From: Pseudomonadales bacterium
GTDB taxonomy: Bacteria > Pseudomonadota > Gammaproteobacteria > Pseudomonadales > GM7GCV1
Assembly (NCBI GenBank): GCA_965661125.1
Contig: CBFICI010000002.1
Span: forward strand, 195,196 to 259,195
Direction of reading: 5' to 3'
Length of the DNA stretch: 64,000 nt
A model generated the notes under the pieces. It was not told the DNA's origin, made no database searches, and saw nothing but the letters and a program-made list of their open reading frames with translations. Each line of letters opens with the position of its first letter. Within the stretch, counting starts at the first letter, position 1. A program made the position numbers and the translations under genes. Of this stretch, positions 18,802 through 30,678 are shown in pieces.

Positions 18802-18829
18802 AAAAAAGCCCGGACAGTGCCGGGCTTTT
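18802..18829. terminator. Bidirectional intrinsic terminator (AAAAAA-GCCCGG-acagtg-CCGGGC-TTTT) downstream of rpmG
   Basis: 6-bp GC stem flanked by an A-run and a T-run. Lies 20 nt beyond the rpmG stop. Confidence 0.7.
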
Positions 18830-18848
18830 GTTGCGCTGGAATCAAGAT

Positions 18849-19004
18849 TTACTTGATCTTGGCTTCCTTGTACATCACATGCTTGCGGGCAACCGGATCA
18901 AACTTTTTGATCTCCATTTTGCCAGGCATGTTGCGCTTGTTCTTTTCGGTGGTGTAAAAGTGGCCCGTACCGGCACTTGAATTCAATCGAATCTTCTCAC
19001 GCAT
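18849..19004 (-). CDS. rpmG: 50S ribosomal protein L33
   Basis: Hand translation gives [51 protein letters not shown] (51 aa). Too short for the ORF track. Confidence 0.95.
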   Translation of the reverse strand: MREKIRLNSSAGTGHFYTTEKNKRNMPGKMEIKKFDPVARKHVMYKEAKIK

Positions 19005-19016
19005 CTGGGTAGCTCC

Positions 19017-19253
19017 TTAAACCTTTTCGCCGCGGGCACGCATATCGGCCAGCACGGAATCAATACCCAGCTTGTCGATAATGCGCTGGCCTTTGGTTGA
19101 AACACGAAGTCGTACAAATTTGCCTTCGGACTCTACCCAAAAGCGGCGGTTCTGCAGGTTGGGCAGAAAACGACGACGCGTACGGTTCTTGGCGTGCGAT
19201 ACGTTGTTTCCAGTTACCGGACGCTTACCGGTGACCTGACATACTCGGGACAT
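19017..19253 (-). CDS. rpmB: 50S ribosomal protein L28
   Basis: [34 protein letters not shown]… (78 aa). The upstream 26 codons in the ORF track are not part of L28. Confidence 0.95.
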   Translation of the reverse strand: MSRVCQVTGKRPVTGNNVSHAKNRTRRRFLPNLQNRRFWVESEGKFVRLRVSTKGQRIIDKLGIDSVLADMRARGEKV

Positions 19254-19393
19254 GGGAAAAACCTCTTTTCCTGCGAAACTGTGGCACTGGGCCAAAATAG
19301 GTGCGCGATTCTGCCAGAAGCATAAGCACAACGCAACGCCAAAATGCCCTGAAGACGGCCTTTTTGGACAGCTGCGTACCGGCGGGCGCCAGC

Positions 19394-20068
19394 TTACAGT
19401 AATCCGCGCTCGGCCAGCGACTCTACCTGCGATTCTCCAACCACAAAATGGTCGAGCAGGCGCACATCAACCAGAGAAAGTGCCTCGGCGATGCGGCGGG
19501 TGATACGAATATCGGCAGCAGAGGGCTCGGCTACGCCGGATGGGTGATTGTGTGCCACGATGACGGCGGCGGCATTGCAGGCCAGGGCCGATTTGACGAT
19601 TTCGCGAATATGCACCGTGGCACTGCTAATGGTGCCCATAAAAAGGGGCTCCCGATGCAGGATGCGATGACGGTTATCCATAAAGACCGCATAGAAAATT
19701 TCCCGCTCGGCGCCTTTCAACTGCAGCGCAAGAAATTTTCGAATGGCAGCGGGGCTGGTAATTTCATCGCCGCGATCTACCTCTTCCAGCAGGTGGCGCC
19801 GAGCCAACTCAAGTACAGCGCTAAGCTGGGCGTATTTGGCCAGGCCAAGGCCATGACAACTTTCGAAGCGTCGCCGATCGGCTGTCAGTAATGCGCTGAT
19901 TGAGCCGAACTCGGCCTGTAAATCCATGGCCAGCTGCACGGCCGACTTTCCGCGCACCCCGGTGCGCAAAAATATGGCCAGCAGCTCGGCGTCGGTGAGC
20001 GACTCGGCTCCGTGGCGCACCAGTTTTTCGCGAGGTCGCTCGGTTTGTGGCATGGCCATCAAATTCAT
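19394..20068 (-). CDS. radC: RadC-family JAB-domain protein (UPF0758)
   Basis: 224 aa. PRE(K/R)L…GA.SL.D.ELLAI.LRTG and HNHPSG motifs. Confidence 0.9.
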   Translation of the reverse strand: MNLMAMPQTERPREKLVRHGAESLTDAELLAIFLRTGVRGKSAVQLAMDLQAEFGSISALLTADRRRFESCHGLGLAKYAQLSAVLELARRHLLEEVDRGDEITSPAAIRKFLALQLKGAEREIFYAVFMDNRHRILHREPLFMGTISSATVHIREIVKSALACNAAAVIVAHNHPSGVAEPSAADIRITRRIAEALSLVDVRLLDHFVVGESQVESLAERGLL

Positions 20069-20154
20069 GCATCTCTTCCTTGAGGTGGCTTTTCAGGTGA
20101 GTTTACCGGTCCATCTGGGCTAACATGTATCCCCCTTTTTGATCGGTACCTTAA

Positions 20155-21342
20155 ATGGGCACCCTGGCTGGAAAAAATCTGCTGCTTGGCATAACCGGAG
20201 GCATTGCCGCCTACAAGTGCGGCGAGCTAATTCGCCGCCTGAAAGACGAAGGCGCCGATGTGCGGGTCGTTATGACGCCGGCAGCACAGGCCTTTGTACA
20301 GCCCATGACATTCCAGGCCCTGTCGGGTAATCCGGTGCACACTCAGCTGCTCGACCCGCACGCCGAGGCCGGCATGGGTCACATTGAACTGGCCCGCTGG
20401 GCCGACAAGGTACTGGTCGCGCCGGTTACGGCAAGCTTTATGGCGCGCCTTGCCGCCGGAGACGCCTCCGACCTGCTTTCCACCCTTTGCCTGGCAACTT
20501 CGGCACCCATTAGCCTGGCGCCCGCGATGAACCAGCAAATGTGGCGAGCCGCAGCCACCCAGCGCAACCTGCGGCAGTTAGAGCAAAGCGGCTACCACAT
20601 ATTGGGCCCGGCCAGCGGAGACCAGGCCTGTGGCGATAACGGGCCGGGGCGTATGCTGGAACCCGCCGAGCTGCTGGCGCTGCTCGGTGGCGAGCCCAGC
20701 GGAGAATTGGCCGGCAAACAGGTGTTGATTACCGCCGGGCCCACCCTTGAAGCAATCGATCCGGTGCGATACATCAGTAATTTTAGCTCGGGGAAAATGG
20801 GGTTTGCCCTTGCAGCAACCTGCGCGCGCGCTGGAGCCAGCGTGACTCTGGTCAGTGGGCCGGTCAGCCTGGCCACACCGCGCGGGGTAAACCGCATCGA
20901 CGTGCAGAGCTGCCAGCAAATGCACGATGCGGTGATCGGCCAGAAAGACATCGACATCTTTATCGCAACGGCGGCGGTCGCCGACTACCGCCCAGCGGCC
21001 AGGTCGGCAGAAAAAATCAAAAAGAGTACCGACTCGCTAACCATTGAGCTGGTAAGAAATCCCGATATCCTGGCCGACATGTCGGCGCGCTCACCCCGGC
21101 CCGGGCTGGTCGTGGGCTTCGCAGCGGAATCTTCCGATCTGGCCGCGCAGGCACGCGCCAAACTGGAAACCAAGAAGCTCGACCTGGTGGTCGCCAACCT
21201 GGTTAACCAACCGGGCGGTGTTTTTGGCAGCGATGAAAATCAGGTCCTTTTGCTCGATCGCGTGTCGCAGACAGAACTGCCGCGAATCGAGAAAAGAGTG
21301 CTAGCCGAAAAGCTGGTGCAAGAAATTGCTAAACGGCTTTAA
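20155..21342 (+). CDS. coaBC: Bifunctional phosphopantothenoylcysteine decarboxylase / phosphopantothenate-cysteine ligase
   Basis: 395 aa. LLGITGGIAAYK flavoprotein N-terminus, PAMN motif and ISN.SSGKMG ligase motif. Confidence 0.95.
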   Translation: MGTLAGKNLLLGITGGIAAYKCGELIRRLKDEGADVRVVMTPAAQAFVQPMTFQALSGNPVHTQLLDPHAEAGMGHIELARWADKVLVAPVTASFMARLAAGDASDLLSTLCLATSAPISLAPAMNQQMWRAAATQRNLRQLEQSGYHILGPASGDQACGDNGPGRMLEPAELLALLGGEPSGELAGKQVLITAGPTLEAIDPVRYISNFSSGKMGFALAATCARAGASVTLVSGPVSLATPRGVNRIDVQSCQQMHDAVIGQKDIDIFIATAAVADYRPAARSAEKIKKSTDSLTIELVRNPDILADMSARSPRPGLVVGFAAESSDLAAQARAKLETKKLDLVVANLVNQPGGVFGSDENQVLLLDRVSQTELPRIEKRVLAEKLVQEIAKRL

Positions 21343-21411
21343 ACACAGTACTTTTGTATCTTATGTTGTAAGTAATGACTCGCTTATGGCACTGGCAGGG
21401 CAGCTGAATCC

Positions 21412-23757
21412 ATGAACCGAAGCCTGGTCCCCATCGCATTTTTTCTGGCCGTTAGTATGGCGGGCCTGTCCGCTTGGGTGCTTAATCAGTGGTCAGCCAC
21501 CCAAGACAATTCCGAAGCGGTGCGCATGGCGCTGGTTCACGAAGAGCAACAGCGCCTTACCGAAGCGCTGGACAGCTGGCGAGGGGATCTGGTCGATCAA
21601 CTTGTTGCCCGCGCCGAACAGCAGCTTGAACTGCTGCCACTTCCCCTTGCTGATCTTTCCGCGCTGAAATTGCGCCAGCTGGATACCGACCTGGCCCGGT
21701 GGCAGGAAGGGCCCGTAACGGGGCTGCTGGTCAACCTCGACCCGGCCAGTCACCAGTTCTATTTTGAAAACCGGGAGATGAAAACCAACTTCATGTTCCT
21801 GGTTGCCCAGGGCAACACCCAGGGCCCGACCGCCGTGGAATCTGCAGATGGCTTCTATTTCCTGGTCGCAGCACCGCTCTCGCAACCTGGCTGGGCCATG
21901 GTGGCCCAGGTCGACAGCCGTGTTGGTCAGGAATTTTTTGATCAACTGCGCCCCAAGGGATACGCTTCGCTCGAACAGCGCAGCGGGGCCCAGGAAAGCA
22001 TGCGCCTGGCACGCTATGGAGAACTCACCGGCACTCCCGAGACTCTGATTCATCCCAAATTCCCCGAGTGGCGGCTGCGATTTCACCCTTCGAGCACGTT
22101 GCTTCAGTACGCGGTGGAGGCCGACCCGGCCTTGCGCACTGTTGGCTGGGCGTTGGCCGGCTTCGCGCTGGCCAGCCTGTTGGCGGCGATAAGCCTGCTG
22201 GTCTACCAGCATCGAACGGCCCAGGCCGAAGACGATCAGGTCAGTGAAGCTGCACCAAAAAAACCGGCTTTTAACCCCTCGGCAACACAGAACTTCTCGG
22301 TTGCCGGGGCGGAGAGTAAAAAACAGCCGAAGCCAGAACCCGCATCCACACCTGTCTCACCCTTTTCCCCGCTGGCGCAGGAAGCCATTGCACCTCATCT
22401 GTTTCGCGCCAACGACGTTCGCGGAATTGTCGGCGAAGAACTCACCGCGGAATTTGCGCGCCACCTGGGCAGAGCCTTTGCCAAGTACTGTGGAGAGAAA
22501 AACCAGCAGACCATTTTTGTTTGCCGCGACGCGCGCAACAGCAGCGAAGAGTTCGCCAGCGCTCTAATCCAGGGCATCGTAGAGACCGGATGCGATGTGG
22601 TTGATATGGGGCTGGGGCCCACGCCACTGCTTATCCACCTGCTGGCTACACAGTCGCCGCAAGGCAGTGGCGTAATGGTTACTGGCAGCCACAACCCTCC
22701 CGAATATAACGGTTTCAAGCTGGTTCGAGGCGGCAAGTCGGTAAGCGGCAAAAGGCTGCAAAAACTGCGCAGTATCATGCTGGGGGGCAACTTTGAAGAT
22801 GCCGAGGGGAAAATCTCCAAGCGCGACTTCAGCCAGGGCTACCTCAAAGCAATTCGCTCAGACCTGCCCAGCATCCCAGCCTTGAGGGTAGTGGTTGACG
22901 GTGCCAACGGCTCGGCTGGCCCTCTCTGCGTAAGTGCATTTCGCAGCCTGGAGTGCACCGCCAAACCGCTTTTTTGCGAGCCCGATGGCAATTTCCCCAA
23001 CCATGGGCCAGACCCGGGCATTGCAGAAAACCTGAACGCACTGCGCGAAGCTGTGCGCAAGGAAGACGCCGACTTCGGCGTGGCTCTTGATGGAGACGGT
23101 GACCGCGTGGTTATTGTGGATGATCGGGGCAAACCGGTGCCGCCCGATCAACTCTTTATGCTGTTTGCACGTGAAACCCTGATCGAAAATCCCGGCAGCA
23201 GCCTGGTATTCGATGTGAAGGCATCGCGCCGATTACCGGAACTGATTTTGCAATGGGGCGGCTTGCCTCTGATGGAGCGCGCTGGTCGAACCTTTATACA
23301 GGCGCGAGTGGTCAAGGAAAACGCCTGCCTGGGCGGCGAGCTCAGCAGCCACTACTTCTTTGGCGACCGCTGGCATGCGGCCGACGACGGCATCTATGCA
23401 GCCTGTCGACTTGCCGCTATCCTGCTGCTGCACAATTGCGCGCTCAGCGAATTGCTGGACGAGTTTGACCTGCCGGCTTCGACCCCCGAGATCAGCCTGA
23501 AGGTGGGGGAGGCAGAAAAAACCGAACTGCTCGAGCGTTTCAAGCAGACCGCCCGGTTTGAGGGGGCAGAGCTGGTAGAAATCGATGGGCTTCGCGTTGA
23601 ATACCCTGACGGCTGGGGCCTTATCCGGGTCAGCAATACCGGGCCCAACCTGTCCCTGCGATTTGAAGCGAACAGCGAAGAGGCGTTGCAGCGCATCCAG
23701 AATGAATTCCGGCAGCCGTTAAAAGAGCTGCTCAACCTACAGGAACTGAACTTTTAA
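21412..23757 (+). CDS. algC: Phosphomannomutase/phosphoglucomutase with a ~330-aa N-terminal two-TM periplasmic extension
   Basis: 781 aa. The C-terminal ~450 aa carry FRANDVRG, active-site TGSHNPPEYNGFK and metal loop ALDGDGDR. The N-terminus has two hydrophobic segments flanking ~215 aa. Confidence 0.85.
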   Translation: MNRSLVPIAFFLAVSMAGLSAWVLNQWSATQDNSEAVRMALVHEEQQRLTEALDSWRGDLVDQLVARAEQQLELLPLPLADLSALKLRQLDTDLARWQEGPVTGLLVNLDPASHQFYFENREMKTNFMFLVAQGNTQGPTAVESADGFYFLVAAPLSQPGWAMVAQVDSRVGQEFFDQLRPKGYASLEQRSGAQESMRLARYGELTGTPETLIHPKFPEWRLRFHPSSTLLQYAVEADPALRTVGWALAGFALASLLAAISLLVYQHRTAQAEDDQVSEAAPKKPAFNPSATQNFSVAGAESKKQPKPEPASTPVSPFSPLAQEAIAPHLFRANDVRGIVGEELTAEFARHLGRAFAKYCGEKNQQTIFVCRDARNSSEEFASALIQGIVETGCDVVDMGLGPTPLLIHLLATQSPQGSGVMVTGSHNPPEYNGFKLVRGGKSVSGKRLQKLRSIMLGGNFEDAEGKISKRDFSQGYLKAIRSDLPSIPALRVVVDGANGSAGPLCVSAFRSLECTAKPLFCEPDGNFPNHGPDPGIAENLNALREAVRKEDADFGVALDGDGDRVVIVDDRGKPVPPDQLFMLFARETLIENPGSSLVFDVKASRRLPELILQWGGLPLMERAGRTFIQARVVKENACLGGELSSHYFFGDRWHAADDGIYAACRLAAILLLHNCALSELLDEFDLPASTPEISLKVGEAEKTELLERFKQTARFEGAELVEIDGLRVEYPDGWGLIRVSNTGPNLSLRFEANSEEALQRIQNEFRQPLKELLNLQELNF

Positions 23758-25281
<1,524 letters not shown>

Positions 25282-25298
<17 letters not shown>

Positions 25299-25866
25299 GT
25301 AGTTGGAAACGCTCTACCCTGGCATCGAATTCCTGCCGTGTTGTCTGGAACTCTTGCAGCCTTCGCTGTAACTGCTGATCGAGAAATACCAGAGTCGCCT
25401 CAAGGTCGTTGCGGCTCTGCGCCAGCGCATCTGGAATCTCCCGTTCGCGCTCTACCAGCTCGGCATACTCGGCATTAACCTGCTCGAACTCACCACCCAT
25501 CACGCGCTGGCCTGACTCGATAATGCTGATTTCCCGCTCGATGGCTTCCAACTTGCGCTGCCGGTGGGCTTCAATTTCTGCCACGCTGGAGTAGCTGGAT
25601 AACAGCATCTGGTCCTGTGCCTGGGCTTCGGCCTGCAGGCTTTCATCGGCCGCAGATGAACCCGGCACAGCAGCCTGCTGTGCCAGTACCCGCCTTACCA
25701 ACTGGCCACGGGCATCCAGAATATCGTAGCCATTTGCCACAAATTGCGCCGGAATAGTGCTGTCCATCACGGTTTGGCCCTGCTCGTTCTTGTATCGGTA
25801 GAACTCCTGCGAAAACGCGGAAAAACAACAACTCTAGGTCAGTAACAGCACCAGGATTTTCTTCAT
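25282..25866 (-). pseudogene. DUF4124-type secreted coiled-coil protein interrupted by an in-frame TAG at codon 11 (25834-25836)
   Basis: The ATG at 25866, one nt after the pyrE stop, opens MKKILVLLLT*SCCFSAFSQEFYRYKNEQGQTVMDSTIPAQ…, in frame with the 162-aa ORF 25282..25770 (GTG start). The signal peptide and DUF4124-like YRYKNEQGQ hairpin lie upstream of that GTG. Confidence 0.6.
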
Positions 25867-25867
25867 C

Positions 25868-26524
25868 TCAAGACTCCACGCCATAGCGTTGGCGGTATTG
25901 ATCAATCGCTTCCAGCAGGGCTGAATCAGCCGCCGAAGCCAGGTAAGTGCGAATATCCGCCAGGCTGATGATTGCCCGTACCGGAATATTCTCTGCCTGC
26001 TGCAGCTGCATTACCGCTGACAGCTGCGAGTCGGGGGCGCGCTCCTGACGGTCAAGCCCGATTAGCACGCCGGCCACCCCGGCACCTGCATCGCGCAGCA
26101 GGCTGATGGCACCGCGAATTGCGGTACCGGCCGTAATCAGGTCGTCCAGCACCAGCGCCTTGCCCTGCGGCACACAGCCGACAAAGTTACCGCCTTCGCC
26201 GTGATCTTTGGCTTCCTTGCGGTTAAAACACCAGGGTACATCAAGCCCGTGGTGCTGATGCAAGGCGGCCGCGGTCACCGCCACCAGCGGAATACCCTTG
26301 TAGGCCGGGCCAAACAGAAAGTCGTACTGCAAACCCGAATCGACAATGGCATCGGCGTAGCACTTGCCCAGGGTATTGAGGGCGAGACCCGAGTCGAATT
26401 TGCCAAAATTAAAGAAGTATGGACTTAGCCTGCCCGATTTCAGTTCAAACTCACCGAAACACAGGGCCTGGCTACTCTGGGCCAGCTCGATGAAATCGGT
26501 TTTCCAGGCCTGCAGTTCACTCAT
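25868..26524 (-). CDS. pyrE: Orotate phosphoribosyltransferase
   Basis: 218 aa. The PRPP-binding [11 protein letters not shown] motif is present. Confidence 0.95.
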   Translation of the reverse strand: MSELQAWKTDFIELAQSSQALCFGEFELKSGRLSPYFFNFGKFDSGLALNTLGKCYADAIVDSGLQYDFLFGPAYKGIPLVAVTAAALHQHHGLDVPWCFNRKEAKDHGEGGNFVGCVPQGKALVLDDLITAGTAIRGAISLLRDAGAGVAGVLIGLDRQERAPDSQLSAVMQLQQAENIPVRAIISLADIRTYLASAADSALLEAIDQYRQRYGVES

Positions 26525-27246
26525 GTGGTTTGCGCCAGCGCCATCTTCTGAATTTGCGTAATCTGGCCGATACCCTGCCGCGCCAGGCCCAGCATCTGCT
26601 GCAATTCATCCATCGAGTAGGTGCCATCCTCTGCGGTACCCTGCACCTCGATAAAGCCGTCGTTATCCGTCATTACCACATTCATGTCTGTACCGGCGCT
26701 GGAGTCTTCGGCGTAATCCAGGTCCAGTACCGGGCTGCCCTGATATACGCCAACCGATACCGCCGCCACCATATGCTGAAGCGGGCTTTGTTTAAGTTTG
26801 CCCTTTTCTACCAGGCCTTCAATGGCATCAACAAGCGCAACACAGGCCCCGGTGATGGATGCGGTTCGGGTTCCGCCATCGGCCTGAATCACGTCGCAAT
26901 CGATCGTAATGCTGCGCTCGCCCAACGCCTTCAGGTCAACCGCTGCACGCAATGAACGCCCGATCAGCCGCTGAATTTCCTGGGTGCGACCGGATTGCTT
27001 GCCGCGGGCGGCCTCGCGTTGCATGCGACCGCCAGTAGAGCGGGGCAGCATGCCGTATTCGGCCGTTACCCAGCCCTGCCCTGCCCCGCGCAAAAATCGG
27101 GGCACAGACTCTTCTACCGATGCGGTGCAAATAACCTTGGTGTCGCCAAACTCTACCAGCACAGACCCCTCGGCATGGCAGGTATAGCCTCGGGTTAAAC
27201 GAACGTTGCGAAGTTGCTCGGGGCGGCGCCCACTGGGACGGGACAT
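26521..27246 (-). CDS. rph: Ribonuclease PH
   Basis: 241 aa. [25 protein letters not shown] and [19 protein letters not shown] motifs. Confidence 0.95.
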   Translation of the reverse strand: MSRPSGRRPEQLRNVRLTRGYTCHAEGSVLVEFGDTKVICTASVEESVPRFLRGAGQGWVTAEYGMLPRSTGGRMQREAARGKQSGRTQEIQRLIGRSLRAAVDLKALGERSITIDCDVIQADGGTRTASITGACVALVDAIEGLVEKGKLKQSPLQHMVAAVSVGVYQGSPVLDLDYAEDSSAGTDMNVVMTDNDGFIEVQGTAEDGTYSMDELQQMLGLARQGIGQITQIQKMALAQTT

Positions 27247-27356
27247 GAGTAAACCTTTGCGGGGAACGGAGCGCCATTATAGCCATTCGGGCGCGCCTGT
27301 CCGACAGTTCATTGGCTGTTGGGTATACTTCGGGCTGAATTATCAGGGGATATCCC

Positions 27357-28223
27357 ATGCCAAAAAGTATGACCGGCTTCGCGCGCGTTGATCAGGTGGC
27401 CGATTGGGGCAATCTGGTTTGCGAGTTGAAATCAGTAAATCACCGTTTTCTGGATCTGAGCTTCCGCCTGCCGGACAGCTTGCGCGCCTGCGAGCACCAG
27501 CTGCGCGAGCGAATCCGCAAACAGTTGGCACGCGGCAAGGTGGAATGCAGCATGAGCGTGCGCGTCAATCCCGACTTCGAGGCCAATAGCAATTTGGACA
27601 TTAATTGCTTGCAGCAGTACCTGTCGTCACTGCAGCAAATTCAGCAGCAAGCGCCGGAGGCCGGCGGCTACAGCAGTGTTGACCTGCTGAAGTTGCCGGG
27701 CGTGTTGCGCAGCAGCGAAGTGAGCAGCGAGGAGCTGCAAGAACTGGCCTTTGAAGCGCTGCAGGCGGCCCTGCAAAAGTTGATGGAGTCCCGCGCCGGT
27801 GAAGGCCAGGAAATGGCCGCCGAAATTGTAAAACGCACCGCGCGCATCGCAGAAATCACCGAAGAGCTTCGCACCATGGTGCCCCGCCTGCTGGAAGCGC
27901 AGGAACAGAAACTGCGCCAGCGCATCGCCGATCTGGACATTGATGCCAATGCGGAACGCCTGGAAACCGAGCTGGTCATCATGGCCCAGCGCATGGATGT
28001 TGATGAGGAGGTCGATCGCCTGGCCGCCCATCTGAAAAAACTCGAGCAACTGGCCGGCAGCAGCAAACCGGTAGGCCGGGAAATGGACTTTCTGATGCAA
28101 GAGCTAAACCGCGAAGCCAACACATTGGGGTCAAAATCCCAGGGGCTGCAGCAAACCAACTTCTCGATCGAGCTGAAGGTGCTGATCGAGCAGATGCGCG
28201 AACAAATCCAGAATCTGGAGTAA
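27357..28223 (+). CDS. yicC: YicC-family stress-induced protein
   Basis: 288 aa. MTGFAR…KSVNHRFLD N-terminus and DV.EE..RL..H…REANT..SK C-terminus. Confidence 0.9.
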   Translation: MPKSMTGFARVDQVADWGNLVCELKSVNHRFLDLSFRLPDSLRACEHQLRERIRKQLARGKVECSMSVRVNPDFEANSNLDINCLQQYLSSLQQIQQQAPEAGGYSSVDLLKLPGVLRSSEVSSEELQELAFEALQAALQKLMESRAGEGQEMAAEIVKRTARIAEITEELRTMVPRLLEAQEQKLRQRIADLDIDANAERLETELVIMAQRMDVDEEVDRLAAHLKKLEQLAGSSKPVGREMDFLMQELNREANTLGSKSQGLQQTNFSIELKVLIEQMREQIQNLE

Positions 28224-28226
28224 TCC

Positions 28227-28790
28227 ATGGACGCAACCGGTCACCAATCGCTGGAGCAACTGCTCGGCCACACCGATCATATTCAACAGTCACCGAAGCA
28301 AAGAGGCACATTAGAGCTTATTGTGCGTCGCCCGCAGACCGACCTGCGCGAAGTGGTACAGTCAGCCGAGCTTGACCTTCAACAAGGCCTGGTGGGCGAC
28401 AACTGGCTGGCAAGGGGCAGCAAAAAAACCGGCGATGGCAGTGCCCACCCCGACATGCAGCTAAATCTGATGAACAGCCGCAGCATTGCCGCCATCGCCG
28501 GCGACCCCGGCAACTGGCCCCTGGCCGGAGACCAGCTGTTTGTCGACCTAGACCTTTCGGACAACAACCTGCCGCCGGGCACCCGGCTGAGCATTGGCAG
28601 CGCCCGGATTGAGATCACCGCCATGCCGCACCTGGGCTGCCTGAAATTTTCCCGGCGTTTCGGCGCCGATGCGGTTCGTTTCGTCAATTCTGACCTGGGC
28701 AAACTGCTCAACCTGCGCGGCGTCAACGCCAGGGTAGTGCAGCCCGGTTCGATAACCCGCGGCGATGCGGTAGAAAAAGTAGCGCCCTAG
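28227..28790 (+). CDS. MOSC-domain protein
   Basis: 187 aa. Size and the G..L.IG.A.IE.T..P…C pattern fit a beta-barrel MOSC domain. Confidence 0.6.
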   Translation: MDATGHQSLEQLLGHTDHIQQSPKQRGTLELIVRRPQTDLREVVQSAELDLQQGLVGDNWLARGSKKTGDGSAHPDMQLNLMNSRSIAAIAGDPGNWPLAGDQLFVDLDLSDNNLPPGTRLSIGSARIEITAMPHLGCLKFSRRFGADAVRFVNSDLGKLLNLRGVNARVVQPGSITRGDAVEKVAP

Positions 28791-29443
28791 TCCAGCAGGT
28801 CGGGATTTTCGCGCATGAATCGCTCGATTAGCGGCGCTATGAAAGAATCCTTGTCAGTGCGGAACTGCAGGTAACCCGCCGCACCGAAGCACAGCGCACC
28901 TATCAGGTTAACGATCATGTCTTCCATGGTGTCGTGCAATCCACCCTTTTGCATATTCAGCCCGAACAGCTGGTCCATGCTGTATTCAAATATTTCCCAC
29001 AATCCGCCACTTGCCACGGCAAAACTCACGGTAAACAGCGCCACAAAAGGAGGGGACAGATTCAGGCTGGAACGCGGTGAGCGGTTGAGCACAAATACCA
29101 GGATGTAGGCAAACAGGCCCAGCATGAAACCCGAACTGGTGTGAAGCGCCAAATCCCACCACCAGAATCGCTCGTAAAAATCACCAATCTCGCCCAGAAA
29201 CAGGCTGGAATAGAGAAACAGAATGGCCAGCAGTTCGGCCTCGGGCGGCAGGTGGATTTCCAGCCAGCGACTCAGCCAGATCGGCGAAAGCGTCGCAGCC
29301 ATGATCAACAGCACCATTCCGGCCAGGCCAAATCGACCCTGGAACAGAGCCCAAATCATGCCGATTAACATGGTCAGTTGAAGCGTCAACCGGATACCCA
29401 GCATGAGCGCCGTTGCCGGTTTGAAGTCTGGCAATTTTCCCAT
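28787..29443 (-). CDS. Multi-pass inner-membrane protein of unknown function
   Basis: 218 aa with about six hydrophobic segments. No family recognised with confidence. Confidence 0.6.
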   Translation of the reverse strand: MGKLPDFKPATALMLGIRLTLQLTMLIGMIWALFQGRFGLAGMVLLIMAATLSPIWLSRWLEIHLPPEAELLAILFLYSSLFLGEIGDFYERFWWWDLALHTSSGFMLGLFAYILVFVLNRSPRSSLNLSPPFVALFTVSFAVASGGLWEIFEYSMDQLFGLNMQKGGLHDTMEDMIVNLIGALCFGAAGYLQFRTDKDSFIAPLIERFMRENPDLLD

Positions 29444-29542
29444 ATCAGTCCATTTTCCCTCGCGCCGTCAGCCTTTGGCAGGTGCCACAAAGCGCACACT
29501 AATGATATTCTGCATTGCCTCAATACCCATATAAATATGTGA

Positions 29543-30163
<621 letters not shown>

Positions 30164-30280
30164 CGGTGCCCAATTGGGTAGAATTCTCTCCCTTTTTTCG
30201 CTTTCTGCCGCATACTCTGCCCAAGCGGGCAATACTTTGAGTTACCGCGGCGCTGAAGCTTACTGAAATACGGATTCAAA

Positions 30281-30640
30281 ATGGCACGAATTACCGTTGA
30301 AGATTGTCTGGAAAATGTAGACAACCGATTTGAACTTGTTCTGGTGGCTGCCAAGCGCGCCCGCCAGTTGTTGTCCGGCACACGCGAGCCCCTGGTACCC
30401 TGGGAAAACGACAAACCCACCGTGGTTGCATTGCGTGAAATCGAAGAAGGGCTGGTGGACGCTTCCATCCTCACCGAAGAAACCCCGGACGAGCTGTTTG
30501 ACACCGAGTTAACCTCCGATGTACCTGCTGATGTGCTGGTCGAGGGCAGCACGACAAACATGGTTCGCGGCACCGCTGCTATCCTGGAAGAAACGCCCCC
30601 CAGCAGCTTCAATCCCAACCCGGACGGCGAGGAGGAGTAA
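30281..30640 (+). CDS. rpoZ: DNA-directed RNA polymerase omega subunit
   Basis: 119 aa. The [27 protein letters not shown]-terminus is characteristic. Confidence 0.95.
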   Translation: MARITVEDCLENVDNRFELVLVAAKRARQLLSGTREPLVPWENDKPTVVALREIEEGLVDASILTEETPDELFDTELTSDVPADVLVEGSTTNMVRGTAAILEETPPSSFNPNPDGEEE

Positions 30641-30678
30641 TTACTCCCGCAACCGGAGCCACAATTCTTCGGAGGTAA

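Noticed and set aside
18594-18848. 250-nt non-coding region between the hydantoinase gene and rpmG, with a direct repeat AGTGCACAA x2 and an 11-bp GC hairpin (CACCGCCGGGC…GCCCGTCGGTG). Considered as a tRNA or ncRNA
   Set aside because: There is no cloverleaf and no recognisable RNA-family motif. The ORFs here (18555..18845, 18634..18957) are Arg/Ala-rich and overlap rpmG. Only the terminator at 18802-18829 is supported.
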